DNA of 64,000 bases from Alphaproteobacteria bacterium (GTDB taxonomy: Bacteria > Pseudomonadota > Alphaproteobacteria > UBA2136). The stretch covers positions 18,870 to 82,869 of the forward strand of contig JBLILN010000008.1 in assembly GCA_047635695.1 (NCBI GenBank). The letters run 5' to 3'. The notes below the pieces were generated by a model. That model was not told the DNA's origin and searched no databases. It saw only the letters and a program-made list of their open reading frames with translations. This document shows, piece by piece, positions 38,974 to 48,642 of this stretch. Made by a program: the position numbers and the translations under genes. Each line of letters begins with the position of its first letter. Position 1 is the first letter of the stretch.

Positions 38974-39010
38974 CATAAAAAAAGCCTCCTAAAAGGAGGC
39001 TTTTTTTATT
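38974..39010. repeat. Palindromic terminator-like repeat, copy 2
   Basis: cataaaaaaagcctcctaaaaggaggctttttttatt. Confidence 0.65.
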
Positions 39011-39029
39011 TTCGCTATACAGTGTAAAA

Positions 39030-40358
39030 CTAGCCAATAGTAAGGCCGTCAACACGTGCTGTTGATGCGTCGATACCATTTCTACGCATAAGGTTATTGG
39101 CAAAAGTAACATTATTTAACATATCTTTAATGTTACCAGCAACCGTTGCTTCAAGAACGAAGTCATCACTAATAATGCCGTTACGTATAATGTAACCTTC
39201 AACCGTATATGACAAATCACCATTAATTGCATTAAAGCCATTACCCATCATACCTGTCACATAAAAGCCAAGCTTAATATCACTTGATATATCACTAACA
39301 CTTTGTAGACCTGGTTTAAAATAACCATTATACAAAGCAGGACGCCCTAATGCTGGCGACATGCCAAGTTTACGTGCCGTTACCACACCCATTGTCAGGT
39401 TTTCAATCACGCCATCTTTAATAAGATGAACAGATTCTGGCCCTACAATGCCGCTGCCTGTAAAAGCAGAGGAACCTAAACCACGTGGTATTGTACGATT
39501 ATCTAATAAGTTAATATTTTTACCAAACAACTGTTTACCTAAATCATCTTTAGAAACAAACGATTGCTCTGCATAAATAGCACCACCAGATAAACAGCTT
39601 GAAATACAACCTTTGAGCATTTGAGCTGCCATTTCAGGGCTTAGTAATACGGGCATTTTACCTGTTTTAGGCATTTTAACCTGTTTCAACATCGCAGCTG
39701 TTTTTTCACCCGCCGTTTGTCCAATTTTGGCAACAGCGTCTAAGTCAGCTTTATGAAATGCATAATGATAATCATACCCTGTTACCTTCAAGTCACCTTG
39801 TGCGGCAATAGGGTCAACAAAAGCACTTCTGATGGTGTAACCTTCTTCTGCTTCAAAACCATTAGAAATGGCAATAGCTGTAAGACTGGTACTTTGTGAA
39901 ACTTTAGAACTACGGGTTGATTGAACCCCCGCAACGGCTAAGGCCGATTGTTCCATTTCACAAGCCATTTGCAACATTTCTGCTGGTGTAAAACCTGCTT
40001 CAGTATCTATTTGATCCAGTTGTTTCAACATTTCTGCTGTTACAGGCTGAATTAAAGATTTATCGGCAACGCCTTCATACTGGTTTTCAGGAGAGCCTTT
40101 TGCCATTAAAATTGCTGTTTTAACAGCATCCTCAACAGAAGAGTTAGATAAGTCATTCACAGTGAATGAACCTACTTTTTGACCCATATAGGCAGTTATA
40201 TTTAAACCAATGGAAGCTTTACCAGACAAACCTTCCGACTTACCGCCAAAGGCAGATATAGACATAGATTCACCAGTAGAAATTTCACATTCAGCGTCAG
40301 ATGCGCCTAATTTTTTCGCTAGCTTTACAGCCTTGCGACAAATATCTAGATTACTCAT
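39030..40358 (-). CDS. pmbA: Metalloprotease PmbA/TldE (TldD/PmbA family, non-HExxH partner)
   Basis: TldD/PmbA family architecture with a C-terminal Gly-rich beta domain. Adjacent to tldD. Confidence 0.75.
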   Translation of the reverse strand: MSNLDICRKAVKLAKKLGASDAECEISTGESMSISAFGGKSEGLSGKASIGLNITAYMGQKVGSFTVNDLSNSSVEDAVKTAILMAKGSPENQYEGVADKSLIQPVTAEMLKQLDQIDTEAGFTPAEMLQMACEMEQSALAVAGVQSTRSSKVSQSTSLTAIAISNGFEAEEGYTIRSAFVDPIAAQGDLKVTGYDYHYAFHKADLDAVAKIGQTAGEKTAAMLKQVKMPKTGKMPVLLSPEMAAQMLKGCISSCLSGGAIYAEQSFVSKDDLGKQLFGKNINLLDNRTIPRGLGSSAFTGSGIVGPESVHLIKDGVIENLTMGVVTARKLGMSPALGRPALYNGYFKPGLQSVSDISSDIKLGFYVTGMMGNGFNAINGDLSYTVEGYIIRNGIISDDFVLEATVAGNIKDMLNNVTFANNLMRRNGIDASTARVDGLTIG

Positions 40359-40370
40359 AATTATTTCTCC

Positions 40371-41810
40371 TTAAGCGGTTCCGCCAACTTTTAAAGCGCC
40401 TTTAGCAAACAACATACTTGCTTGACCAGCAGTTACAGGTACAGATTGACCATCTTTACCACATGATCCATTTTTTGAAATTTCAAAATCATTGGCAATA
40501 CCAATAATATGTTTGTAAGATTCGTTACCCATACCTGCAAAAGAAACACCTTTTACATAAGCCCCTAACTTACCATTTTCAATCATACGTACTTGCGTAC
40601 CATTTTGTACAAACTTACTGCTGACAATGTCAACTTGACCACCGTTAAGCTCTTCAACATAGTAACCTTTTGTCACATTGCTAATAAGATTATCAACAGA
40701 AGAGTCACCCGCTGCCATATAAGTATTACTCATACGTGGCATAGGTTGATGCATATAACTTTGACGTCGTCCATTACCTGTTAAGGCCATACCCAGCTCA
40801 GCGGCAGATTTTTCATCGGTCATTAAACCAACTAAAATACCGTCATCGACGAGTAAATTTTTGTTTGAAGGGTTACCTTCATCATCAAAATTGTATGAAC
40901 CACGTGCACTAAAAACGGTACCATCTTCATAAACATTAACACCTTTAGCTGCAATACGCTTGCCAAGTTTACCTTGAAATGCTGAATTACCTTTGGCATG
41001 AAAGTCACCTTCTAATGCGTGACCAAATGCTTCGTGTAAAACAACGCCACCAGCAAAACCAGGACAAAAGATAACTTCAAAGTCGTTACCTGCTGTCGCT
41101 TCAATAGCTGTTAAGTTATTGCCAGCTTTACGGATAGAATCATCAATCATTTTTTGCCAAGTGGCCTCAACAGCAAATGCTTGTGAAATTGTCATCGGTA
41201 AACCAAAGTTTTCTCCAGATGATTCTTTTTTAGAACCGTCTTTTAAAACAACATTAATTGAAAGCTGACAAGTGGGGCGATAGTCCGTTAATACCTTACC
41301 ATCAGCGCGAGCAATTAAAATGTCTTTGCCAGCTACTGATACACTTATACCAACGTTTTCTACACGGGCATCACGCCTTGCGTATGCGTTCATTTCTTGT
41401 AATAAAGTTATAGCTTGTTGATGGAACACATCAAAAGCAGCACCTTCAAATACATCGTCTTGTGTATAGTAAGGCTGTGTACCGTATTGGCCCGCAGCTT
41501 TTAAATGTAATTGAGTTGCAACGTCTTGTGGCGTTTTTTCAATGGTTATTAATGCTTTAATTAAAGAAGCGTCAGCAAAGCCATCAAACGTTACAAAGGG
41601 TGTTGCAATGCCATTAATACGACGAACAGAACCACCTTTAATAATAGCAGGGGTAGATGTGCCAATAATACCTTTTGACATGCTCAATGAAAAAGAACGA
41701 ACTTCAGTCATATAAAGCTCACCACCATTACCACCTGTAAGGGCGTTTTGGACAAGCGTTGACAGTTCGTCAGAATTTCGCCCTAGGGCGTTTAAAATTT
41801 TAGAGGACAT
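40371..41810 (-). CDS. tldD: Metalloprotease TldD
   Basis: HEAFGHALEGD (HExxxH) is in the expected position and the C-terminus ends ...GGTA. Confidence 0.85.
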   Translation of the reverse strand: MSSKILNALGRNSDELSTLVQNALTGGNGGELYMTEVRSFSLSMSKGIIGTSTPAIIKGGSVRRINGIATPFVTFDGFADASLIKALITIEKTPQDVATQLHLKAAGQYGTQPYYTQDDVFEGAAFDVFHQQAITLLQEMNAYARRDARVENVGISVSVAGKDILIARADGKVLTDYRPTCQLSINVVLKDGSKKESSGENFGLPMTISQAFAVEATWQKMIDDSIRKAGNNLTAIEATAGNDFEVIFCPGFAGGVVLHEAFGHALEGDFHAKGNSAFQGKLGKRIAAKGVNVYEDGTVFSARGSYNFDDEGNPSNKNLLVDDGILVGLMTDEKSAAELGMALTGNGRRQSYMHQPMPRMSNTYMAAGDSSVDNLISNVTKGYYVEELNGGQVDIVSSKFVQNGTQVRMIENGKLGAYVKGVSFAGMGNESYKHIIGIANDFEISKNGSCGKDGQSVPVTAGQASMLFAKGALKVGGTA

Positions 41811-41955
41811 AGTCGTCCCTCCTTTAAGTCATGATTAAATAAATTTATCAATTTTTCAGGTTTTTATAAAAAACATTTAAGTGGATCGACAAATCGTCGT
41901 TTCCACTATAATATAGTAGCTAAAGATCTCGTATACAACAAAAAAATAAATTATT

Positions 41956-42408
41956 ATGAAGTATAAAAAAATGGCAGATAAATTTTTTAACGACCTAAAA
42001 GTTGGTGAAGTTTACGTAAGTGGCACAAAGAAGATCAAGCTTGATGAGGTTATTGCCTTTGCAACCGAATTTGACCCACAGCCTATGCACACTGATGTTG
42101 AAGCTGCCAAAGAGGGGTTCTTTGGTGAACTTATTGGCAGTGGTTGGCAAACCCTTTCTACCACCATTCGCTTAATGGTTGATAGCAAACCCTTTGGTGA
42201 AACCCCTCTTATTGGTATGCAGGTCGACGAGGTGCGTTTTTTATCACCGTTACGACCAGGTGCAACACTACAAGCCTTTATGGAAATAATAGAATTACAG
42301 GCATCTAAAAAGCCTGGGCGTGGTTATGTACTTGTGAAAGTTACCACAAAGGCTGACGACAAAGAAATTTTGACACAAAAGTGGCGCATGCTTATCCCAA
42401 GAAAATAA
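41956..42408 (+). CDS. MaoC-like (R)-specific enoyl-CoA hydratase, hotdog fold
   Basis: FNDLKVGEVY....K.KLDEVIAFATEFDPQPMHTDVEAAKEGFFGELIGSG is the MaoC dehydratase signature. Confidence 0.7.
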   Translation: MKYKKMADKFFNDLKVGEVYVSGTKKIKLDEVIAFATEFDPQPMHTDVEAAKEGFFGELIGSGWQTLSTTIRLMVDSKPFGETPLIGMQVDEVRFLSPLRPGATLQAFMEIIELQASKKPGRGYVLVKVTTKADDKEILTQKWRMLIPRK

Positions 42409-42596
42409 AAGTGGTACAACAGTAAACTGTATACCCTTCATTCATGAGCCCTTGCAATATCCATTTGTAATAGTTATATTGTTTAACAGAACACATATAT
42501 ACCTTTACTTTTTTTATACTGTCCATTCATCAATGGCATATAAACTCACCCCCCTACTTTAACCCCCTAACTTATACCTCTTGGAGGTAACTTATT

Positions 42597-44513
42597 ATGG
42601 CTAAAAATCTAATCTTATGGTTAGTCATCGCCGTGGTGCTTATGTCTGTTTTTCAGTCATTTGAACCAAGCGATAAAGGCGCAAACCAAATCACTTATGA
42701 CGTTTTTATAAAAGATGTCCGTAGCAGCAACGTATCTGAAGTTTTGATACAAAGAGACGGTACAATTCAATATAAAAGCAAAACAGGCAAAATGTACAGC
42801 ACCACTCTACCAAGTGGGTCTATTTTTGGTGATCAGAATTTAACCAATGATCTTATTCAATACAATGTTAAAATATTACCAACTCCACCCGTTGAACAGC
42901 CTAGCTTTATAGGCCAATTGGTTATATCAATATTACCAATGCTCCTTATACTTGTGGTTATCATGTTCGTCATGAAAAAAATGCAAGGCGGTGGCAAAGG
43001 CGGTGGTGCCATGTCTTTTGGTAAATCAAAAGCGAAACTCCTTGGAGAAGGTGATATAAAAACGCGTTTTAGTGACGTTGCCGGTTGTGAAGAAGCAATT
43101 GAAGACGTCGCCGATATCATTGATTTTTTACGTAACCCAGAAAAGTATTGGGCATTAAATGCTGAAATCACTCGTGGTTTACTTATGGTTGGCAAACCAG
43201 GTACTGGTAAAACATTACTGGCACGCGCCATGGCTGGTGAATCTAAACTACCGTTTTTCACAATATCAGGTTCTGAATTTGTTGAAATGTTTGTCGGTGT
43301 TGGTGCTTCACGCGTGCGTGATTTATTTGAACAAGCACGTTCTCGCCCTGAGGGTGCAATTATCTTTATTGATGAAATTGACGCTGTCGGTAAAAAACGT
43401 GGTGGCAAAGGCGGCGGCGGAAATGATGAGCGTGAACAAACTTTGAACCAAATTTTGGTTGAAATGGATGGTTTTGATGAACAGTCCAATGTCATTGTCA
43501 TTGCGGCAACTAACCGCCCTGAAATATTAGACTCTGCGCTTAAACGCCCAGGTCGATTTACAAGGGAAGTTGTTGTGGGTGTACCTGATGTGGGTGGACG
43601 TGAGAAAATTTTACTCGTCCATTCAAAAGATACACCGCTTGCCGATGACGTAAACTTTTCTGATATTGCTAAAAGTTCATCGGGTATGTCTGGCGCTCAA
43701 CTCAAAGACCTTATTAATGTTGCTGCTCTTGCAGCTGCGAAAAAGGGTCAAAAAACAGTTGAACAAGCAGATTTACTTGCTGCCATTGAAAAAGTGGTGA
43801 TAGGTACTGAACGTAAAAGCGCTATTATTAGCCCTGAACTTAAAGAAAACATTGCTATGCATGAAGGTGCACATTTACTCGCTGGTTATATTGGCTATGT
43901 ATTAGGTGCCCACCCTGAACCATATATGGTGAGCATTATGCCACGTGGCGAAGCCTTAGGTGTTTGTATGTACCGTGAAAATGGTGACGAAACAACTTGG
44001 CGTAAAGACCAAATAATGGCACGTATTTTAAGTGTCACAGCTGGTCGTATTGGCGAATGGATTCATCATGATAAAAATGAGCTTAAAATATCAACAGGCG
44101 CATCTAACGATTTAGAAGCGGCAACAAGATATGTGAACCACATGATCCGTGAGGTTGGCTTAAGCCGTGAGTTTGGTTTGTTAAATATTAAATCAAACGA
44201 ATATGGTCAAATGAATGTCGGTGCTAAAAGGATTGATATGGCCGACGACATAGCCGATAAATGGTTAAAAGCCGCTGATGTTATTGTACGTAAGCTTATA
44301 AGTAAGCATGAGGCAGAACTTCAAGCTATAAAAGCAAGGCTCGTTGAAAAAGAAACCATCCGCGAAGATGACATTGAAGAACTTTTAGGCCATTTAGCCA
44401 AAGAGTACAAAGATGTTAAATTTGAAGATCTTTTTGACATTGAAGCAAAAGCCGCTGAACTAGCACAAGTTAACAAACAAGGTTTGCAAGCTTTGCAGCC
44501 TGTTACAGCATAA
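42597..44513 (+). CDS. ftsH: ATP-dependent zinc metalloprotease FtsH
   Basis: Two N-terminal TM helices, AAA Walker A GKPGTGKT, second region of homology, and the zinc motif HEGAHLLAG (HExxH). Confidence 0.95.
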   Translation: MAKNLILWLVIAVVLMSVFQSFEPSDKGANQITYDVFIKDVRSSNVSEVLIQRDGTIQYKSKTGKMYSTTLPSGSIFGDQNLTNDLIQYNVKILPTPPVEQPSFIGQLVISILPMLLILVVIMFVMKKMQGGGKGGGAMSFGKSKAKLLGEGDIKTRFSDVAGCEEAIEDVADIIDFLRNPEKYWALNAEITRGLLMVGKPGTGKTLLARAMAGESKLPFFTISGSEFVEMFVGVGASRVRDLFEQARSRPEGAIIFIDEIDAVGKKRGGKGGGGNDEREQTLNQILVEMDGFDEQSNVIVIAATNRPEILDSALKRPGRFTREVVVGVPDVGGREKILLVHSKDTPLADDVNFSDIAKSSSGMSGAQLKDLINVAALAAAKKGQKTVEQADLLAAIEKVVIGTERKSAIISPELKENIAMHEGAHLLAGYIGYVLGAHPEPYMVSIMPRGEALGVCMYRENGDETTWRKDQIMARILSVTAGRIGEWIHHDKNELKISTGASNDLEAATRYVNHMIREVGLSREFGLLNIKSNEYGQMNVGAKRIDMADDIADKWLKAADVIVRKLISKHEAELQAIKARLVEKETIREDDIEELLGHLAKEYKDVKFEDLFDIEAKAAELAQVNKQGLQALQPVTA

Positions 44514-44526
44514 ATCAGCCTATCGA

Positions 44527-44558
44527 ATAAAATACCCTGCATTGTAGGGTATTTTTTT
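44527..44558 (+). terminator. Rho-independent terminator (ataccct gcattg tagggtat + T8)
   Basis: aaataccctgcattgtagggtatttttttt. Confidence 0.6.
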
Positions 44559-44656
44559 TGGCCATTTATGAAGTGTTTCATTTAATTGTATTAATATTTT
44601 ATCTTTACATAAATTACGGTTATAGTTCTCTTTATAAAAAATTAAAGGGCAACTAA

Positions 44657-45451
44657 ATGTTTACTAAATATATCGTTCTGGCAGTCATCTTCTATATCAG
44701 CATTTGTGCTTTTATGTATTTTAGACAAATAAGGCTCATATTTCCAGCGCATTTTGCCCCAGCCAGTGTTGAACCTGACTTTATACCATTCATCACAAGC
44801 GACGGTACAAAACTTGAAAGTAAAACATTATTGTCAGATAACGCAACCGCGCCAGTGATTATTTTATTTACGGGTAACGCACAAAATGCCACTTCCGTTA
44901 TAGATGTTATTTTTGAAGGTTTTGAAAAAAATGTAAATATCTCTACCGTTAACTATCGCAGTTTTGGTTATAGTGAAGGCACACCGTCTGAAGAATTTTT
45001 ATTTAGCGATGCATTAGAATTTACAAAACATGCTAAAAAATCATTCCCTAATAAAAAAGTTCACCTGATGGGTATTAGCCTTGGTACAGGCGTTGCAAGC
45101 TATACGGCTTCAAAAGAAAATGTGGATGGATTAATTCTATTCACACCTTATGACAGCATAGAAAGCGTTGCCAAAAGTGACTATCCATGGCTGCCAGTAT
45201 CATATTTATTAAAAAATAAATTTAACAGCGTTCAACACCTACAGTCAGTGAAAGCACCTATCGCTATTTATCGGGCAGGGCAAGACGAAGTTATTTCAAA
45301 AAAACATACAGACGCATTGGCAAACGCGGCTAAAAACTTAGCTTACTACAAAACAGTAGAAGGTATGAAACATACACAAATACTTGACCCATCACAAAAC
45401 AAAAAGCTAAAAGAAACTCTTAAGGAAGCAATGCAATCGCTTGAAAAATAA
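44657..45451 (+). CDS. Alpha/beta hydrolase fold protein with N-terminal TM anchor
   Basis: Nucleophile elbow GISLGTG (GxSxG) and a downstream D/H. Confidence 0.6.
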   Translation: MFTKYIVLAVIFYISICAFMYFRQIRLIFPAHFAPASVEPDFIPFITSDGTKLESKTLLSDNATAPVIILFTGNAQNATSVIDVIFEGFEKNVNISTVNYRSFGYSEGTPSEEFLFSDALEFTKHAKKSFPNKKVHLMGISLGTGVASYTASKENVDGLILFTPYDSIESVAKSDYPWLPVSYLLKNKFNSVQHLQSVKAPIAIYRAGQDEVISKKHTDALANAAKNLAYYKTVEGMKHTQILDPSQNKKLKETLKEAMQSLEK

Positions 45452-45573
45452 CAGCTATTTAAATTAAAAACATTTGAATACAATTTGCACTTGAAATTTA
45501 GGTTAAACTACGCCACATTATTAACTAACGTAATGTTGAGCAGGTCTGATTTAGCAAGATGCTTTATATCAGA

Positions 45574-45581
45574 GGGGGGGG
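45574..45581. repeat. G8 homopolymer tract in the intergenic region about 110 bp upstream of idi
   Basis: agaggggggggctaatt. Confidence 0.5.
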
Positions 45582-45690
45582 CTAATTCCTTTCAGCCTTT
45601 TTTGCTCCATTATTATTAAGGAGCCGTGCTTTTATAAGTCGCGGCTTTTTTTTGTTTCAACGCACGTCGTTATCCATTAGACTTCCTTTC

Positions 45691-46224
45691 ATGACCTATA
45701 AAAATGTAATTTTAGTCGATAAGAATGACCACGCCATCGGTGTCGAGGAAAAACTCAAAGCCCATGAGCAAGGCTTACTTCATCGTGCTTTTTCAATTTT
45801 TATCTATAAAAAAACAGATCACGGCATTGAATTTCTTTTACAGCAACGTGCTGAAGAAAAATATCACTGCGCAGGCCTTTGGACAAACACCTGCTGTAGC
45901 CACCCACAAAATAAAGACGACGCCCTGCCCTGCGCAATGAACCGCCTTAACTTTGAAATGGGTATTCAAAATACACCTCTCACATATATCGATAAATTTT
46001 TATATAAGGCCGTTTGCAAAGGCGGGATTACTGAACATGAAATGGACCATATTTTTATAGGTGAGTTCAACAAGGCCTCTTTTACCGTAAACGCAGATGA
46101 AGTTAAAAATATTCGTTGGATAACTATAGAAGGTTTAGAAAATGAATTGCTAAAATGTCCCGATATGTTTACACCTTGGCTTGACCATGTTTTACAATTG
46201 GTCAAAAAACACATAAATACATAA
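45691..46224 (+). CDS. idi: Isopentenyl-diphosphate delta-isomerase, type 1 (Nudix)
   Basis: LLHRAFSIFIY....LLQQRA..KYHCAGLWTNTCCSHP matches IDI-1 (LHRAFS...TNSCCGHP). The ORF track starts at an upstream TTG (45652). The ATG at 45691 is the likely start. Confidence 0.75.
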   Translation: MTYKNVILVDKNDHAIGVEEKLKAHEQGLLHRAFSIFIYKKTDHGIEFLLQQRAEEKYHCAGLWTNTCCSHPQNKDDALPCAMNRLNFEMGIQNTPLTYIDKFLYKAVCKGGITEHEMDHIFIGEFNKASFTVNADEVKNIRWITIEGLENELLKCPDMFTPWLDHVLQLVKKHINT

Positions 46225-46298
46225 AAAACTAAATATTCACGTTATTTTCTAACTATGCTAAAGTGGTCGCCATAAAGGCTAAAACATAACAAAAATAG

Positions 46299-47120
46299 GT
46301 GTCACTTTATATTGTGAGGAATATCATGGTTATCATAGGGGGAAGTATTGTCGCGCTTATGGCGTTTTTCGCTTTATTTGCAGACCTCATTGCACCATTT
46401 GATCCTGCAACAACCAATATTCGACACAGTTTAATGCCACCCACACTTGAACATTTAATGGGTACTGACCAATTAGGCCGTGATGTTTTTAGTCGTATGC
46501 TTTATGGGTCACGTATTTCATTATTAGTTGGCTTTGTTGCTGTCGGTATATCCACATTTTTAGGACTTATTTTTGGCGCATTGGCTGGTTTTTACGGTGG
46601 AAAAACAGACGCGGTTATCATGCGTTTTGTTGATATTATGCTTTGCTTCCCGTCTTTCTTCCTTATATTGGCTGTCATAGCCTTTTTAGAGCCTTCTATC
46701 ATCAATATTATGGCCGTTATTGGCCTAACAAGCTGGATGGGCGTGTCTAGGCTTGTACGTGCAGAATTTATGAAGTTGAAAAATCAAGATTTTATCTTGG
46801 CCGCTAAGCTTCAAGGGGTTAGTGATTTTAGATTGATGCTTAAATATATGCTTCCCAATGCCATGGCACCATTATTTGTCACCTTTACACTGGGTGTTGC
46901 AGGCGCTATTTTAATTGAAAGCAGCCTTTCGTTCCTTGGTATTGGTGTGCAGCCACCAACAGCCAGTTGGGGAAATATTCTCATTGATGGTAAAGCCACT
47001 ATGGAAGTTGCTTGGTGGTTATCTGTTTTCCCTGGTCTTGCCATTCTCATGACAGTGCTGGGCTATAATCTGTTAGGTGAAGGCTTACGTGACGTGTTAG
47101 ACCCCCGCTTAAAATCCTAG
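46299..47120 (+). CDS. ABC transporter permease, OppC/DppC family, with no linked OppB/D/F/A genes
   Basis: An EAA-like loop, the OppC-type N-terminal region and 6 TM helices. The true start may be internal. Confidence 0.7.
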   Translation: MSLYIVRNIMVIIGGSIVALMAFFALFADLIAPFDPATTNIRHSLMPPTLEHLMGTDQLGRDVFSRMLYGSRISLLVGFVAVGISTFLGLIFGALAGFYGGKTDAVIMRFVDIMLCFPSFFLILAVIAFLEPSIINIMAVIGLTSWMGVSRLVRAEFMKLKNQDFILAAKLQGVSDFRLMLKYMLPNAMAPLFVTFTLGVAGAILIESSLSFLGIGVQPPTASWGNILIDGKATMEVAWWLSVFPGLAILMTVLGYNLLGEGLRDVLDPRLKS

Positions 47121-47214
47121 AGTTACTGATACTATATTCACCTAAAATTTGACATAAAACGTACAATATCATATAAAAAGTACAATACTTTGACTCATCT
47201 TTGAGGTTCCTTTT

Positions 47215-47466
47215 ATGAGAAACATTCTCCCACAAGCACTTATAGCGCTTGCAACACTTGCCTTACTTGGCATTTATAATCCACAAATGACCCTTTGGGG
47301 TATTATTATTGCCGTCGCCGCCATTGCGACTTACTTCCTTATTGAATCTTGCCTAAAATGGTGTAAACAAATTAAAACAAGCATGCAAAATAACTTACGT
47401 ATCGCGGCAGAAAGAGCAGATCTTAAAAAGCTTTTAAAGACCATAGTCATAAAAGCTAAAAGTTAA
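47215..47466 (+). CDS. Hypothetical small membrane protein (83 aa)
   Basis: ORF with two hydrophobic helices. Confidence 0.35.
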   Translation: MRNILPQALIALATLALLGIYNPQMTLWGIIIAVAAIATYFLIESCLKWCKQIKTSMQNNLRIAAERADLKKLLKTIVIKAKS

Positions 47467-47988
47467 AAGCTTACAGACGCAGATAAAATGCTAGTAGGCA
47501 TAGCCGCAAATGGATTTATAAGCACTTAAGAACTTACAAGTTTTGAAAAAGAAAGTTATAGTTCCCACCAAGAACATACAAAGTTAGCCGTAACTATTTT
47601 AGATTTACCTGTAGATAATTCAGTTAAAAAACTGTTAATCCCTATAAATTTTTATAAAAAAGAGCATGGTATATATTCACTGGCTCACGGTAAAAAAATG
47701 ACACTTATTGCCAAATATCTGCTCACAAAAAATACAACTGAAGGCAATATTCAAGCCGTAAAATTGTTAAAAGGTAGACACTTTGGTTTTGGTTTACGTG
47801 GTCGTTTTTTGAAGCGCACATCTCTTGAGCATTACGAAATGCTCGTGAATATCTTTAAAAATGGCTCAATAAACGCTTAGCCTCAAATTCCAGCGAACTG
47901 CTTAGTGATATGACTTGTGTCAGTATCACGGACGGTAAATTTATGAGCGCCACACACCGCCGTATATTTGCTTATAATCTTTAATATT

Positions 47989-48032
47989 TCGACATAAAAA
48001 AGCCCTCAAATTTGAGGGCTTTTTTATGTCGA
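47989..48032. terminator. Perfectly palindromic bidirectional terminator (tcgacataaaaaagccctcaaatttgagggcttttttatgtcga)
   Basis: Read directly. Confidence 0.7.
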
Positions 48033-48231
48033 AATTAACTTAAATGGCTATTTTTTAGATCTACAATGTAAATATTAGAATCTTTTACAATCCGTTGTCC
48101 ATTCAAGCGTCTACCAGAAATAACACGTACGCCATCAGGTGAAACTGTTCTGGCATACATATGTGGAATACCTTACTGGTGCAATTCGCTTAAACGTTTC
48201 CATAAACATTTAAACATATACATAATTGATC

Positions 48232-48525
48232 CTAAATAAACAGCTGAACAATGTTGAGGTTTTCAAGGTGAGTCATTTGAAAGGTTGCGCCTGTGGCATC
48301 ACCATTTATCAAGTCAGTCACGCCTTTATCATTCAAATAAATCAAACAATAACCAGCTACAGGCTTTGATTTGCTTGTGATCGCAAAAAAATCCGCAAAG
48401 TTTTCATCTGTCCAAGATTTCATATCAAGAACAGAAGAGACTTCCTCACCAAAAAAACCAACTGCTAACTGTCGTACAATACCTAAAGAATCTAGGTTTG
48501 TTGCTTGTAAATTTTCGTATTTCAT
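48232..48525 (-). CDS. Hypothetical protein (97 aa). Possibly the 5' part of a decayed longer gene
   Basis: A short in-frame-stopped remnant (…HQ*GIPHMYARTVSPDGVRVISGRRLNGQRIVKDSNIYIVDLKNSHLS) follows downstream in 48040-48230. Confidence 0.35.
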   Translation of the reverse strand: MKYENLQATNLDSLGIVRQLAVGFFGEEVSSVLDMKSWTDENFADFFAITSKSKPVAGYCLIYLNDKGVTDLINGDATGATFQMTHLENLNIVQLFI

Positions 48526-48642
48526 ATAAACCTCCTAAAAAAAGAAAGAAATTTTCAAAGTAATTTGTAAAAAATTAAAGATGTGAAGTTCGCTGAATAT
48601 TAGTGTATACACAACAGCAATGCAAGAAAATATTTATAAACG

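Noticed and set aside
42409-42596. Possible sigma32 heat-shock promoter upstream of ftsH (CCCTTGCAA ... CCATTTGT)
   Set aside because: The spacing between the -35-like and -10-like elements is only 3 bp, far from the 13-15 bp required. The resemblance is superficial.
42857-43501. 214-aa minus-strand ORF inside ftsH
   Set aside because: It is antisense to the conserved AAA domain of ftsH, and its Ser/Pro-rich translation is typical of a shadow ORF.
48040-48230. 46-aa ORF MYARTVSPDGVRVISGRRLNGQRIVKDSNIYIVDLKNSHLS as an independent gene
   Set aside because: It is in frame with an upstream 16-codon ORF across a single stop, and has no RBS. It is more likely a remnant of a decayed gene, and is reported only within a finding.
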